Program-made: the position numbers and the translations under genes
Assembly (NCBI GenBank): GCA_902596985.1
Contig: CACJWR010000004.1
Coordinates: 2,492-66,491 of the forward strand
Source: an uncultured Alphaproteobacteria bacterium
Lineage (GTDB): Bacteria > Pseudomonadota > Alphaproteobacteria > Rhodobacterales > Rhodobacteraceae
DNA length: 64,000 nucleotides
Reading direction: 5' to 3'
The notes under the pieces: model-generated
What the model was told of the DNA's origin: nothing
What the model saw: only the letters and a program-made list of their open reading frames with translations
Database searches by the model: none
Shown here: one piece after another, positions 48,820 through 57,665 of the stretch
Layout: every line of letters starts with the position of its first letter
Numbering within the stretch: position 1 is the first letter of the stretch

Positions 48820-51293
48820 TAATTTTTTCTTTTTTTATCTATCAAAGCAATACTCTCTTCAAGAGTGAGTGTTTTAACGGACTTTTCCTTCGGTATAGTC
48901 ACATTAATCTTATTCCATTTTATATAATCACCATAACGACCCGACATAATTTTTACTTCCTCGCCTTCTGGATGAGAACCTAACACTTTTATCTCCTTTC
49001 CAGCTCTTCCACCTTTATTATTTTTCTTTTCTGCTGCCTCTACCAATAATTCAACAGCTCTGTTCATGCCAATCGAAAAGATTTCTTCAAATTCCTTAAT
49101 ATTTGCATAAGTTCGTCCATGTTTAATATATGGACCATAAGGGCCTATAGCTGCAATAACTTCAGACTGATCTTCAGGATGTAGCCCTAATTTTCTAGGT
49201 AGCTCTAATAATTGTCTTGCTCTCTCAATTGTAAGCTCTTCGATTGTATAGTGCTTGGGGATCGCAGCTCTTTTTGGTTTTTCCAAGCCATCAAGAGCAA
49301 TTTCAAGATATGGTCCATAACGTCCATTTTTTATAAATATATCATTTCCATCACTATCTTGACCTAAAGGTTCTTCTTGAGCTATTACCTCAGGTGAACT
49401 TTGATTCAAGCTAGAATTTAAAGGTCTTGAATATTTGCATTCGGGATACTTTGAGCACCCGATAAATGCGCCTGTCTTAGACAACTTTATCCCAAGCTCA
49501 CCATTATTACATGAGGAGCAGTTTTTCTGTATTTTTCCAGTTCCATCATCGAACAGGTAGTCGGCTAATTTTATATTCAAGTTATCCAGAACCTCAGTTA
49601 TACTAAAGCTCATCGCATATTCTACAGATTCAGATAATTCCTCCCAAAAACCTTTAATTACATCTTTCCAATGCTTTTCACCACTAGAAATATCATCGAG
49701 GTTTTCTTCAAGCTTAGCTGTATAGTTATACTCAATGTACTTGTTGAAATATGCCTCAAGAAAAAAATTTAAAAGTCGACCAGTATCTTCGGGAACAAGC
49801 CTGTTTTTCTCTTTTTTCACATAATTTCTTTCTTGTATTTTTGATATAATCGATGCGTATGTAGAGGGTCTTCCTATACCTTCTTCTTCAAGACGCTTGA
49901 TCAAAGAAGCCTCATTAAATCTTGGAGGTGGTTCAGTGAAGTGTTGTTCTTTATTAATTTTTTCCAATTTCATCTTAGATTCTTCCCTAATGTCTGGGAT
50001 CCTTTTGTCATCATCTTCTTTTTTCGTGTCTTGGAATATTTTTAAATGCCCTTCGAATGTCACCACTTGTCCCGATAGTCTGAATTGAGCGCTATCGCAT
50101 AAGGAGGTAATTAAGACTGTTGTCTGCAATACTTCTGCTGCTTGGGCTTGAGAAGCCAATGCTCTTTTCCATATTAATTCGTATAAGTCCAATTCAGACT
50201 TATTTAAATTTTTTGCATTTTTGGGTGTTTTAGAAAAATCGGTAGGCCTAATACACTCATGTGCTTCTTGTGCATTCTTTGCTTTATTTTTGAACACGCG
50301 TGGTTTTTCAGGTAAATAATGATCGCCTAAAGAATTAGAAATTTGCTTTCTTGCACTGGTTATGCCTTCAGCAGCCATTTCAATTCCATCTGTACGCATA
50401 TAAGTGATCAGCCCAGCTTCATAAAGTTTCTGAGCGGTTGACATCACATCCCGAGGACTAACTTTTAAATTTGTACTGGCGCTTTGTTGCAATGTGGATG
50501 TTGTAAATGGAGCATAGGGATTTCGATTTCTTTTTTGACTAGTAACAGAAGTTACGTGATATTCTTTCTGCTCGAGCTCATTCGCTGTTATGTTTGTTGT
50601 GTCAGAGTCCTTGAACGAGAACTTTTCAACTTTTTCATCGTTCAACAAAGAGAGGTTGGCCCGGATTACGTTATTATTTTTGTCTTTAAAATCAGCAGAA
50701 ACAGTCCAATATTCCTCCGTTTTGAATTTTTCTATTTCAATTTCTCTGTCGACGACGAGTCTTAACGCAGGAGATTGAACCCGACCAGCTGATTTTGCAG
50801 CTCCTCTGAGCCTTTGCCAAAGCACTGGAGAAATATTAAAACCCATAAGATAATCTAATGAATTTCGTGCTAGATAGGCCTCAACTAAATCTGTGTCTAT
50901 TTCTCTGGGACTTTCAATAGCTGATAAAATGGCATTCTTTGTAATTGCATTGAATACAACTCTCTCTACAGCCATATCTGCTTTAAGTGCTTTTTTATTT
51001 TTCAATATTTCAAGAATATGCCATGAAATCGCTTCGCCCTCCCTGTCCGGGTCGGTTGCTAAGATAAGTTTAGAGCTAGACTTCAGCGCTTTAACAATCT
51101 CATCTATATGCTTTTTGCTTTTTGTATCGATCTCCCATTTAGGTTTAAAATCATTCTCAACATCAATGGAGCCATTTTTTTTGGGTAAATTTCTAACATG
51201 CCCATAGGATGCAAGAACCTTGTATTGGTCCCCCAAATATTTGTTGATTGTTTTTGCCTTTGCTGGTGACTCTACAATTACGACATTCGTCAT
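48819..51293 (-). CDS. topA: DNA topoisomerase I
   Basis: Toprim VIVESPAKAKTI, DPDREGEAISWH, the active-site region LITYMRTDG, a C-terminal Zn-ribbon (CSSC...CSKYPEC) and repeated C-terminal domains. Confidence 0.96.
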   Translation of the reverse strand: MTNVVIVESPAKAKTINKYLGDQYKVLASYGHVRNLPKKNGSIDVENDFKPKWEIDTKSKKHIDEIVKALKSSSKLILATDPDREGEAISWHILEILKNKKALKADMAVERVVFNAITKNAILSAIESPREIDTDLVEAYLARNSLDYLMGFNISPVLWQRLRGAAKSAGRVQSPALRLVVDREIEIEKFKTEEYWTVSADFKDKNNNVIRANLSLLNDEKVEKFSFKDSDTTNITANELEQKEYHVTSVTSQKRNRNPYAPFTTSTLQQSASTNLKVSPRDVMSTAQKLYEAGLITYMRTDGIEMAAEGITSARKQISNSLGDHYLPEKPRVFKNKAKNAQEAHECIRPTDFSKTPKNAKNLNKSELDLYELIWKRALASQAQAAEVLQTTVLITSLCDSAQFRLSGQVVTFEGHLKIFQDTKKEDDDKRIPDIREESKMKLEKINKEQHFTEPPPRFNEASLIKRLEEEGIGRPSTYASIISKIQERNYVKKEKNRLVPEDTGRLLNFFLEAYFNKYIEYNYTAKLEENLDDISSGEKHWKDVIKGFWEELSESVEYAMSFSITEVLDNLNIKLADYLFDDGTGKIQKNCSSCNNGELGIKLSKTGAFIGCSKYPECKYSRPLNSSLNQSSPEVIAQEEPLGQDSDGNDIFIKNGRYGPYLEIALDGLEKPKRAAIPKHYTIEELTIERARQLLELPRKLGLHPEDQSEVIAAIGPYGPYIKHGRTYANIKEFEEIFSIGMNRAVELLVEAAEKKNNKGGRAGKEIKVLGSHPEGEEVKIMSGRYGDYIKWNKINVTIPKEKSVKTLTLEESIALIDKKRKN

Positions 51294-51540
51294 GAAAAAT
51301 CCTAACAGTTTTGTTTTAAATCTTACCCAATGTCGATCTTGTCAATCTTTTTTTTAAAATATTTGATAAACAATAAATTTGTTGCGACGATTTAACCGAA
51401 AATAATGTTTGAAATAAAAAGCAAAAATTTTTAGCCTTTATAAGTTGGTTTGATTTGTTTTATAGTAGATTTTTACAAAATGTTAGCTATATATATATCA
51501 ACCGAGTAATTGTAATTTAAAACTATATTTAGGGGGTTCT

Positions 51541-52434
51541 ATGAATAGTTTTTTGCGATGTCTTTTTAATATGTTTATTGGGGCTTTAGGCACAGTTTTT
51601 TTTACAGCGTCTGCTTCCACACTATTCGCTAATGACGGTTTAGATAAAAATTTACCTATTATAGGGAAACCAATTCCAAACGGGATAAATTTCCAACCTC
51701 CGGTTACAGAGTTGGCTAGAGACATACAGTGGCTAGACAATGTTCTTTTGGTCATTATTACTCTAACATCGATATTTGTGAGTGCGCTTCTTGTTTGGGT
51801 TTTTATCCGGTACAATCGAAAGGCTAATCCGACACCCTCTTCTACCACCCACAATACTCCTATCGAAATATTGTGGACCATTATTCCAGTATTTATATTA
51901 ATTGGTATTGGAGTTATTTCGTTACCCATTTTGCTCAAACAACTTAGAATTCCAGACAGTGATGTTGTAATAAAGGCAACTGGGGCTCAATGGTATTGGT
52001 CATACGATTACCCTCAGCACAATTTTTCATTTGACTCGGTGATGCTTGAGAAAGAGGAACTCGCTGAGTTTGGGTACTCTCAAGATGAATACCTCTTGGC
52101 AACCGACAACCCAGTAGTTGTACCTGTTAATAAAAACATAACAGTGCAAGTGACAGCTTCGGATGTTATTCACGCATGGAAGGTCATGTCGTTTGGTGTT
52201 CACCAAGATGGAGTTCCAGGGCGATTAGCTGAACTTTGGTTTAAGCCTGAAAAGGAAGGAGTATATTTCGGTCAATGCTCCGAGTTATGCGGATTAAACC
52301 ATTCCTACATGCCAATAGTGGTAAAGGTTGTTAGCGAGGAAGAATACAAAGAGTGGCTCAAGAGAGCTTCTGAGAAGTTTGCTAGTATTAGTGGTGATAG
52401 GCAAAAATCTATTGCGCTTGCAGAGAAAAATTAA
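51541..52434 (+). CDS. coxB: cytochrome c oxidase subunit II (aa3 type)
   Basis: Signal peptide, two TM helices and the CuA site DVIHAW...[12 protein letters not shown]. Confidence 0.93.
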   Translation: MNSFLRCLFNMFIGALGTVFFTASASTLFANDGLDKNLPIIGKPIPNGINFQPPVTELARDIQWLDNVLLVIITLTSIFVSALLVWVFIRYNRKANPTPSSTTHNTPIEILWTIIPVFILIGIGVISLPILLKQLRIPDSDVVIKATGAQWYWSYDYPQHNFSFDSVMLEKEELAEFGYSQDEYLLATDNPVVVPVNKNITVQVTASDVIHAWKVMSFGVHQDGVPGRLAELWFKPEKEGVYFGQCSELCGLNHSYMPIVVKVVSEEEYKEWLKRASEKFASISGDRQKSIALAEKN

Positions 52435-52465
52435 TTGTCAATTTTCCATTAGATAGGTCATTGAG

Positions 52466-53407
52466 TTGAGCACGTTTGAAAGCATAGAAGCAAAAGGAAC
52501 AGGATCCTTTAAAGACCTGTATGTGCTTTTAAAGCCTAGAGTAATGTGGCTTGCTGTGTTTACAGCTGGGGTAGGCATAATTGTAGCTCCTCTTCAAAAC
52601 AACCTGTTTCTATCTATCATTGTGCTGATTTGCATTTCTATAGGTGCTGGTGCGGCTGGCGCGTTAAACATGTGGTGGGATAGAGAGCTTGACAATATGA
52701 TGGAGCGAACAAGTAGCCGACCCCTTCCCAATGAAAAAATAAGTTCCGATGACGCATTTGTTTTTGGTTTAAGTCTTTCAATATTTTCTGTCATGTTTTT
52801 AGGGTTAGTGTCTAATTGGTTAGCTGCTTTTCTTTTAGCATTAACAATATTTTTCTATCTCGTAATTTATTCGATGTTTTTAAAAAAAGCTACGCCTCAA
52901 AACATTGTGATTGGAGGAGCTGCTGGAGCGATGCCCCCTTTGATAGGATGGGTATCAACTACAGGAACAGTCTCTATTGAACCCCTTTTATTGTTTTTGT
53001 TTATATTTCTCTGGACTCCCCCGCACTTTTGGTCACTGGCAATAATTACTAAAGATGATTACGCTAAAGCTAGTATTCCTATGTTCCCAGTTTTATATGG
53101 GGTGGAAAAGACTAGAAGATCAATACTTCACTATACGGTTATTTTAATAATTTCATCGCAAGTCATATCTTTTTCAGAGATTGGTGGCCCGGTGTTTTTT
53201 TTGTTAAGTAACGTTTTAAACGCATTGTTGCTGCTTTCTGCTATAAATCTTGTTAGGTTTAATGAAAACAATGGATATGATAGAGAAAGACGATTTTTTA
53301 AGTTCACAATCCTATACCTGTTTCTATACTTCGGTTTTTTAGTGATAAGTAGAGCTTTTGAAACTTTGCAGTATAGTGTGTCGTTAGCATGGCCAGTTCT
53401 ACTCTAA
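52466..53407 (+). CDS. ctaB: protoheme IX farnesyltransferase (heme o synthase)
   Basis: UbiA-superfamily motif NMWWDRELDNMMERTSSRPLP and multiple TM spans. TTG start. Confidence 0.9.
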   Translation: MSTFESIEAKGTGSFKDLYVLLKPRVMWLAVFTAGVGIIVAPLQNNLFLSIIVLICISIGAGAAGALNMWWDRELDNMMERTSSRPLPNEKISSDDAFVFGLSLSIFSVMFLGLVSNWLAAFLLALTIFFYLVIYSMFLKKATPQNIVIGGAAGAMPPLIGWVSTTGTVSIEPLLLFLFIFLWTPPHFWSLAIITKDDYAKASIPMFPVLYGVEKTRRSILHYTVILIISSQVISFSEIGGPVFFLLSNVLNALLLLSAINLVRFNENNGYDRERRFFKFTILYLFLYFGFLVISRAFETLQYSVSLAWPVLL

Positions 53408-53417
53408 AAGATTTGAT

Positions 53418-53603
53418 GTGAGAAGAGAGTTGAAACAATCAGAGTTAAATAGGGGCACCGGCAACACCAAAATAGGAATAATATTATTTATAGTTGTGGC
53501 CCTTATCTTCTCTATAACCATAGTTAAACTAAAGCAAGGTTCGCTAATGCAGGGGTATGACCATATTATTAGACAAAATATGTTAGAAAAAGATGATGAA
53601 TAA
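53418..53603 (+). CDS. small single-TM protein between ctaB and ctaG (CoxF-like by position)
   Basis: 61 aa with a GTG start and one hydrophobic helix (IGIILFIVVALIFSITIV). A small ORF occupies this slot in other alphaproteobacterial cox operons. It overlaps ctaG by 11 nt. Confidence 0.4.
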   Translation: MRRELKQSELNRGTGNTKIGIILFIVVALIFSITIVKLKQGSLMQGYDHIIRQNMLEKDDE

Positions 53604-54141
53604 TTCTGAAAGACCAAAACGTACACCAATATATTTAATTGGACTTGTATGCATTATGCTCTCCGCATCGTTCGCAGCGGTACCTTTTTATGATTGGTTT
53701 TGCAAGGTTACAGGCTATGGCGGTACACCTGAAACTTATTCCGATTCATTCGATGGCCCTATTTTAAATAAAACAATTAAAGTTCGATTTGATGCATCAA
53801 AAGCTAAAGATATGAGGTGGAACTTCATACCAATGCAAAATGAGGTGGAGGTTAAAATTGGAGAAACAGCTCTAGTTTTTTATGAAGCACACAACCCAAC
53901 TAGTGAGACTATCTCTGGTCAAGCTAGCTTTAACGTTTTTCCATTTTCAGCAGGAAACTATTTTAGTAAAATTGACTGCTTTTGTTTTGTCGAGCAAACT
54001 TTGCAGCCGGGAGAGCGAGTTAAGATGCCGGTAACATTCTACATTGATCCAGAAATTGATGAGAATATTGAAACTAGGAATATAAAATCGCTGACATTGT
54101 CATATACTTTTTATAAACTAGAAGAAGAGACCAAATCATAA
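53593..54141 (+). CDS. ctaG: cytochrome c oxidase assembly protein CtaG/Cox11
   Basis: FYDWFCKVTGYGGT and the CFCF copper-binding motif. Confidence 0.92.
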   Translation: MMNNSERPKRTPIYLIGLVCIMLSASFAAVPFYDWFCKVTGYGGTPETYSDSFDGPILNKTIKVRFDASKAKDMRWNFIPMQNEVEVKIGETALVFYEAHNPTSETISGQASFNVFPFSAGNYFSKIDCFCFVEQTLQPGERVKMPVTFYIDPEIDENIETRNIKSLTLSYTFYKLEEETKS

Positions 54142-54164
54142 AAGTTTAAGTGTAAGAGGAAAAA

Positions 54165-54953
54165 ATGGCACAAGAAAAAAATCACGATTACCATATTCTT
54201 AATCCGAGCTTGTGGCCGTTTTTAAGCGCTCTTGGGGCGTTTATACTTCTCTTCGGAAGTGTGCTGTTCATGCACGGAGGTAGTGTTTTTATCGCAGCAG
54301 TGGGTCTTCTGGTGGTTTTATACTGTATGTTCGCCTGGTGGTCTGATGTAGTTTTTGAAAGTAAGGACGGTGACCATACACCAGTTGTTCAGATAGGTTT
54401 GAGATATGGTGTGATCATGTTTATTACATCCGAAGTTATGTTCTTTCTCGCTTGGTTCTGGACTTTTTTCAAACACGCTCTTTACCCTATGGAGGCCGTG
54501 GGTGGTGTTTGGCCACCGACTGGAATTGAGACATTTGATCCTTGGCATCTTCCTTTAATAAACACACTGATTTTACTTTGCTCAGGTGCTGCAGCAACAT
54601 GGGCTCACCACGCAATTGCGCATGAGAATGATAGGAAAGGTTTGGAAAATGGCTTAATACTGGCAATTGGGCTCGGTGCTCTTTTCACCGTATTTCAAAT
54701 ATATGAATATACGCATGCTTCGTTCTCCTTTTCAGGAAATATCTACGGGGCTAGTTTCTTTATGGCCACTGGATTTCATGGTTTCCATGTTCTTATTGGG
54801 ACTATTTTCCTGCTTGTTTGTTTGATTAGAGCGAAAAAGGGCCATTTCTCGCCTGAGAAGCATATCGGTTTTGAAGCTGCAGCTTGGTATTGGCATTTTG
54901 TTGATGTTGTTTGGTTATTCCTTTTTGCTGCAATTTACATTTGGGGCGCGTAA
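54165..54953 (+). CDS. coxC: cytochrome c oxidase subunit III
   Basis: [23 protein letters not shown] and [14 protein letters not shown] motifs. Confidence 0.95.
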   Translation: MAQEKNHDYHILNPSLWPFLSALGAFILLFGSVLFMHGGSVFIAAVGLLVVLYCMFAWWSDVVFESKDGDHTPVVQIGLRYGVIMFITSEVMFFLAWFWTFFKHALYPMEAVGGVWPPTGIETFDPWHLPLINTLILLCSGAAATWAHHAIAHENDRKGLENGLILAIGLGALFTVFQIYEYTHASFSFSGNIYGASFFMATGFHGFHVLIGTIFLLVCLIRAKKGHFSPEKHIGFEAAAWYWHFVDVVWLFLFAAIYIWGA

Positions 54954-54976
54954 GCGATTTCAAAATTTGCTTTTAA

Positions 54977-55657
54977 ATGAATAGAAAGTGGCTTTTTGTT
55001 GTTTTTATAGCGGTGCCTGGGCTACTGCTTTTGGTGTACTTGGGCATTTGGCAAATGAAACGACTAGCGTGGAAGGAAGCGCTATTAGAAAATATTAGTT
55101 ATAATTTAAGTAGTAAACCTTCAATATTACCAACAGAGTTAAAAAAATCAGAACATAACTATAAAATGGTAGAGGTTGAAGGCTTTTTAGAGCCAAGAGC
55201 CATTTTTATTCTTACTCCAGTCAAAGGATCCGGAGCAGGTTTTAGGGTTATTTCTCCCTTGAAATTACAAGATGGAAGTAAAATTCTAATAGATAGAGGA
55301 GTTATAAAGGAACAAGATACGGATCGTTTAGAAACTCTCGGACAAAAGAATTTAGTAATAGGGTATCTATTTTGGCCTAACGAGACAGATTATTTCACTC
55401 CAGATCCGAACCTTAAGCGTAATATATGGTTTTCTCGAGATCTAGAAAAAATGGCGAGCTTTCTTGAAACTCAACAAATATTGGTGGTTGCGACAGAAAA
55501 TAGACTCGACCCAAGTTTAAAGATGCAAGATCCGACTAGAGATATACCAAACAATCACCTCCAATATGCAATTACCTGGTTTATGATGTCTATTTTATGG
55601 TTTGGTATGAGTGCGTACTTCGTATATAAAATGATAAAAAAAAAGAAAATTGAGTAA
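54977..55657 (+). CDS. SURF1 family cytochrome oxidase biogenesis protein
   Basis: N- and C-terminal TM helices, GIWQMKRLAWKE and NNHLQYAITWF motifs. It lies downstream of coxC. Confidence 0.88.
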   Translation: MNRKWLFVVFIAVPGLLLLVYLGIWQMKRLAWKEALLENISYNLSSKPSILPTELKKSEHNYKMVEVEGFLEPRAIFILTPVKGSGAGFRVISPLKLQDGSKILIDRGVIKEQDTDRLETLGQKNLVIGYLFWPNETDYFTPDPNLKRNIWFSRDLEKMASFLETQQILVVATENRLDPSLKMQDPTRDIPNNHLQYAITWFMMSILWFGMSAYFVYKMIKKKKIE

Positions 55658-57057
55658 TGCTGTACCATTCGACCAGGGGACTAGATAATTCCAAAAACTT
55701 TAGTGAAGTCCTGCATGCGGGATTAGCTGGGGATGGTGGCCTATTTGTCCCGAAGTTCATTCCACAGGTAAATCAGGAAATTTTAAATCAATGGAGACAT
55801 CTTAGTTATGAAGAGCTTGCTTTAGAGATAATATCTTTATTTTCTGGCGATTGTTTTAGTAGGGCAGAGCTTTCTGAAATTGTGATTGAGTCTTACTCGG
55901 GGTTTCATCATGAGCTCAAAAGTCCCTTGATTAAATTAGAAGACAATCATTTTTTCCTTGAGTTATTCCATGGACCTACATTAGCATTTAAAGACTTTGC
56001 TATGCAGGTAATAGCAAGAATGTTTGCAAAGACCCTGCAGAAGAGAGATTTAAATATTAATATTATAACTGCAACTTCAGGCGATACGGGGTCAGCGGCT
56101 GTTGAAGCATTCAAGGGTATATCAAACGTTAATTTATACGTACTTTATCCTCATGAAAGAATTTCACAAATACAAAGAAAGCAAATGACTACTTCAAATG
56201 CCAAGAATGTAAAAGTATTTGCTGTGAAAGGAACTTTCGATGATTGTCAGTTGATAGTGAAGGAATTATTTGCGGATAAAGCGCTTGTAAGCGATGTAAA
56301 TCTATCTGGCGTAAACTCAATTAATTGGGCTCGGATCCTGGTTCAAATTGTCTACTATTTCTCTGCTTTTTATCAGTTGAAAGACCTTTCTGCAGGAAAT
56401 TTAAACTTTAGTGTTCCTACCGGTAATTTTGGAGATGCTTATGCCGGGTATATTTCAAAAAGGATGGGTTTACCAATAAATAAGATTATTGTAGCAACAA
56501 ATAAAAATAATATTTTGGATCGAGTTTTTAAGACTGGCGTTTATAAAAGTGATAATGTGAGCAAAACATTATCCCCTTCTATGGATATACAAGTTGCCTC
56601 TAATTTTGAAAGACTACTATTTGATCTTTTGAATAATGATACCAAAGAGGTTAGAAGGCTAATGAACAATCTATCTAATAAAGGTCACTTTGATCTCGAA
56701 AAAAAAATATTAACAAGGGTTTCAAAAGACTTTGATAGTGGAGCTGTGACAGATTCTGAAACGATTGCAACAATAAATCACTTTTATAATGAGAGAGAAA
56801 TAGTTTTGTGTCCTCATAGTGCTATTGGCGTGCGTGTAGCGAAAGACTTCATCGGGACAGGAGAAACAGTTGTTTCACTTGGAACTGCGCATCCAGCGAA
56901 ATTTATAGAAACTGTAGAGAGAGCATTAGAGGTGAGTATACCAATTCCCCCCGCGCTCGAAGCTATAATGGAAAAGCAAGAGAATGTAAGAGTGATACCT
57001 CCAAATAAACACAAAGTGGCAGACGAAATTAGAAAAAATTTTTTAGAAGAGAATTGA
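55657..57057 (+). CDS. thrC: threonine synthase
   Basis: MLYHSTRG, the FHGPTLAFKDFA PLP-lysine motif and TSGDTGSAA. TAATG overlap with surf1. Confidence 0.93.
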   Translation: MLYHSTRGLDNSKNFSEVLHAGLAGDGGLFVPKFIPQVNQEILNQWRHLSYEELALEIISLFSGDCFSRAELSEIVIESYSGFHHELKSPLIKLEDNHFFLELFHGPTLAFKDFAMQVIARMFAKTLQKRDLNINIITATSGDTGSAAVEAFKGISNVNLYVLYPHERISQIQRKQMTTSNAKNVKVFAVKGTFDDCQLIVKELFADKALVSDVNLSGVNSINWARILVQIVYYFSAFYQLKDLSAGNLNFSVPTGNFGDAYAGYISKRMGLPINKIIVATNKNNILDRVFKTGVYKSDNVSKTLSPSMDIQVASNFERLLFDLLNNDTKEVRRLMNNLSNKGHFDLEKKILTRVSKDFDSGAVTDSETIATINHFYNEREIVLCPHSAIGVRVAKDFIGTGETVVSLGTAHPAKFIETVERALEVSIPIPPALEAIMEKQENVRVIPPNKHKVADEIRKNFLEEN

Positions 57058-57082
57058 GCATTAAGGAAGTTAGATCTTAGGA

Positions 57083-57664
57083 ATGATTTTTGGTAAACCC
57101 GAAATTATATTGAAATCAACAAAGTTAGAACTAAGAGGGCCTCAATATAGTGATTTTGACCAGTGGCGTAATCTGAGACGGAATAGTAAAGCATTTTTAG
57201 AGTTATGGGAGCCGAAAAGAGGTAATGATTTTTTCAAGCGTAATGCTTTTAATAGTAGAGTTAGGTGGGCAAAAAAAAGTTCTAAAGCAGGCCAAGCATA
57301 CCAATTTTTCATTTTTGATAAATTTCAAAATCTGCTAGGGTCTATCACTATTGAAAACATTAGGAGGGGGCCCTCTAATGCGGGCACTTTGGGTTATTGG
57401 CTAGGTAAGGAGCACACAGGTAAGGGTTTTATGAGAGAAGCGGTTTTGGCAATTATCGACTTTTCTTTTAACAAATTAAATATTTCAAGATTGGAGGCAG
57501 CTACCCTGCCAGAAAATAAATCTTCTCGAGGGCTTTTGGAAAGAGTTGGTTTTAAATATGAAGGAGTGGGGCAAAGCTATTTGCAAATAAATGGTCGTTG
57601 GAGAAATCACGTTTTATATGGCTTGTTAAGAAATGACAGAAGAGGGCGTGTGAAGGAGAGCTAA
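57083..57664 (+). CDS. GNAT family N-acetyltransferase (RimJ/RimL-like)
   Basis: GYWLGKEHTGKGFMREA acetyl-CoA motif and NKSSRGLLERVGFKYEG. Confidence 0.8.
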   Translation: MIFGKPEIILKSTKLELRGPQYSDFDQWRNLRRNSKAFLELWEPKRGNDFFKRNAFNSRVRWAKKSSKAGQAYQFFIFDKFQNLLGSITIENIRRGPSNAGTLGYWLGKEHTGKGFMREAVLAIIDFSFNKLNISRLEAATLPENKSSRGLLERVGFKYEGVGQSYLQINGRWRNHVLYGLLRNDRRGRVKES

Positions 57665-57665
57665 A

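Noticed and set aside
51472-51500. Candidate coxB promoter: TTTACA followed by a (TA)5 run about 40 bp upstream of the ATG.
   Set aside because: The spacing and the -10 match are ambiguous (TATATC/ATATCA), and any AT-rich spacer yields such matches. It cannot be supported without 5'-end data.
51498-51938. 146-aa minus-strand ORF overlapping the coxB start and part of the topA-coxB spacer.
   Set aside because: It runs opposite to the conserved CoxB N-terminus and shows no recognisable motifs. It is most likely a shadow ORF.
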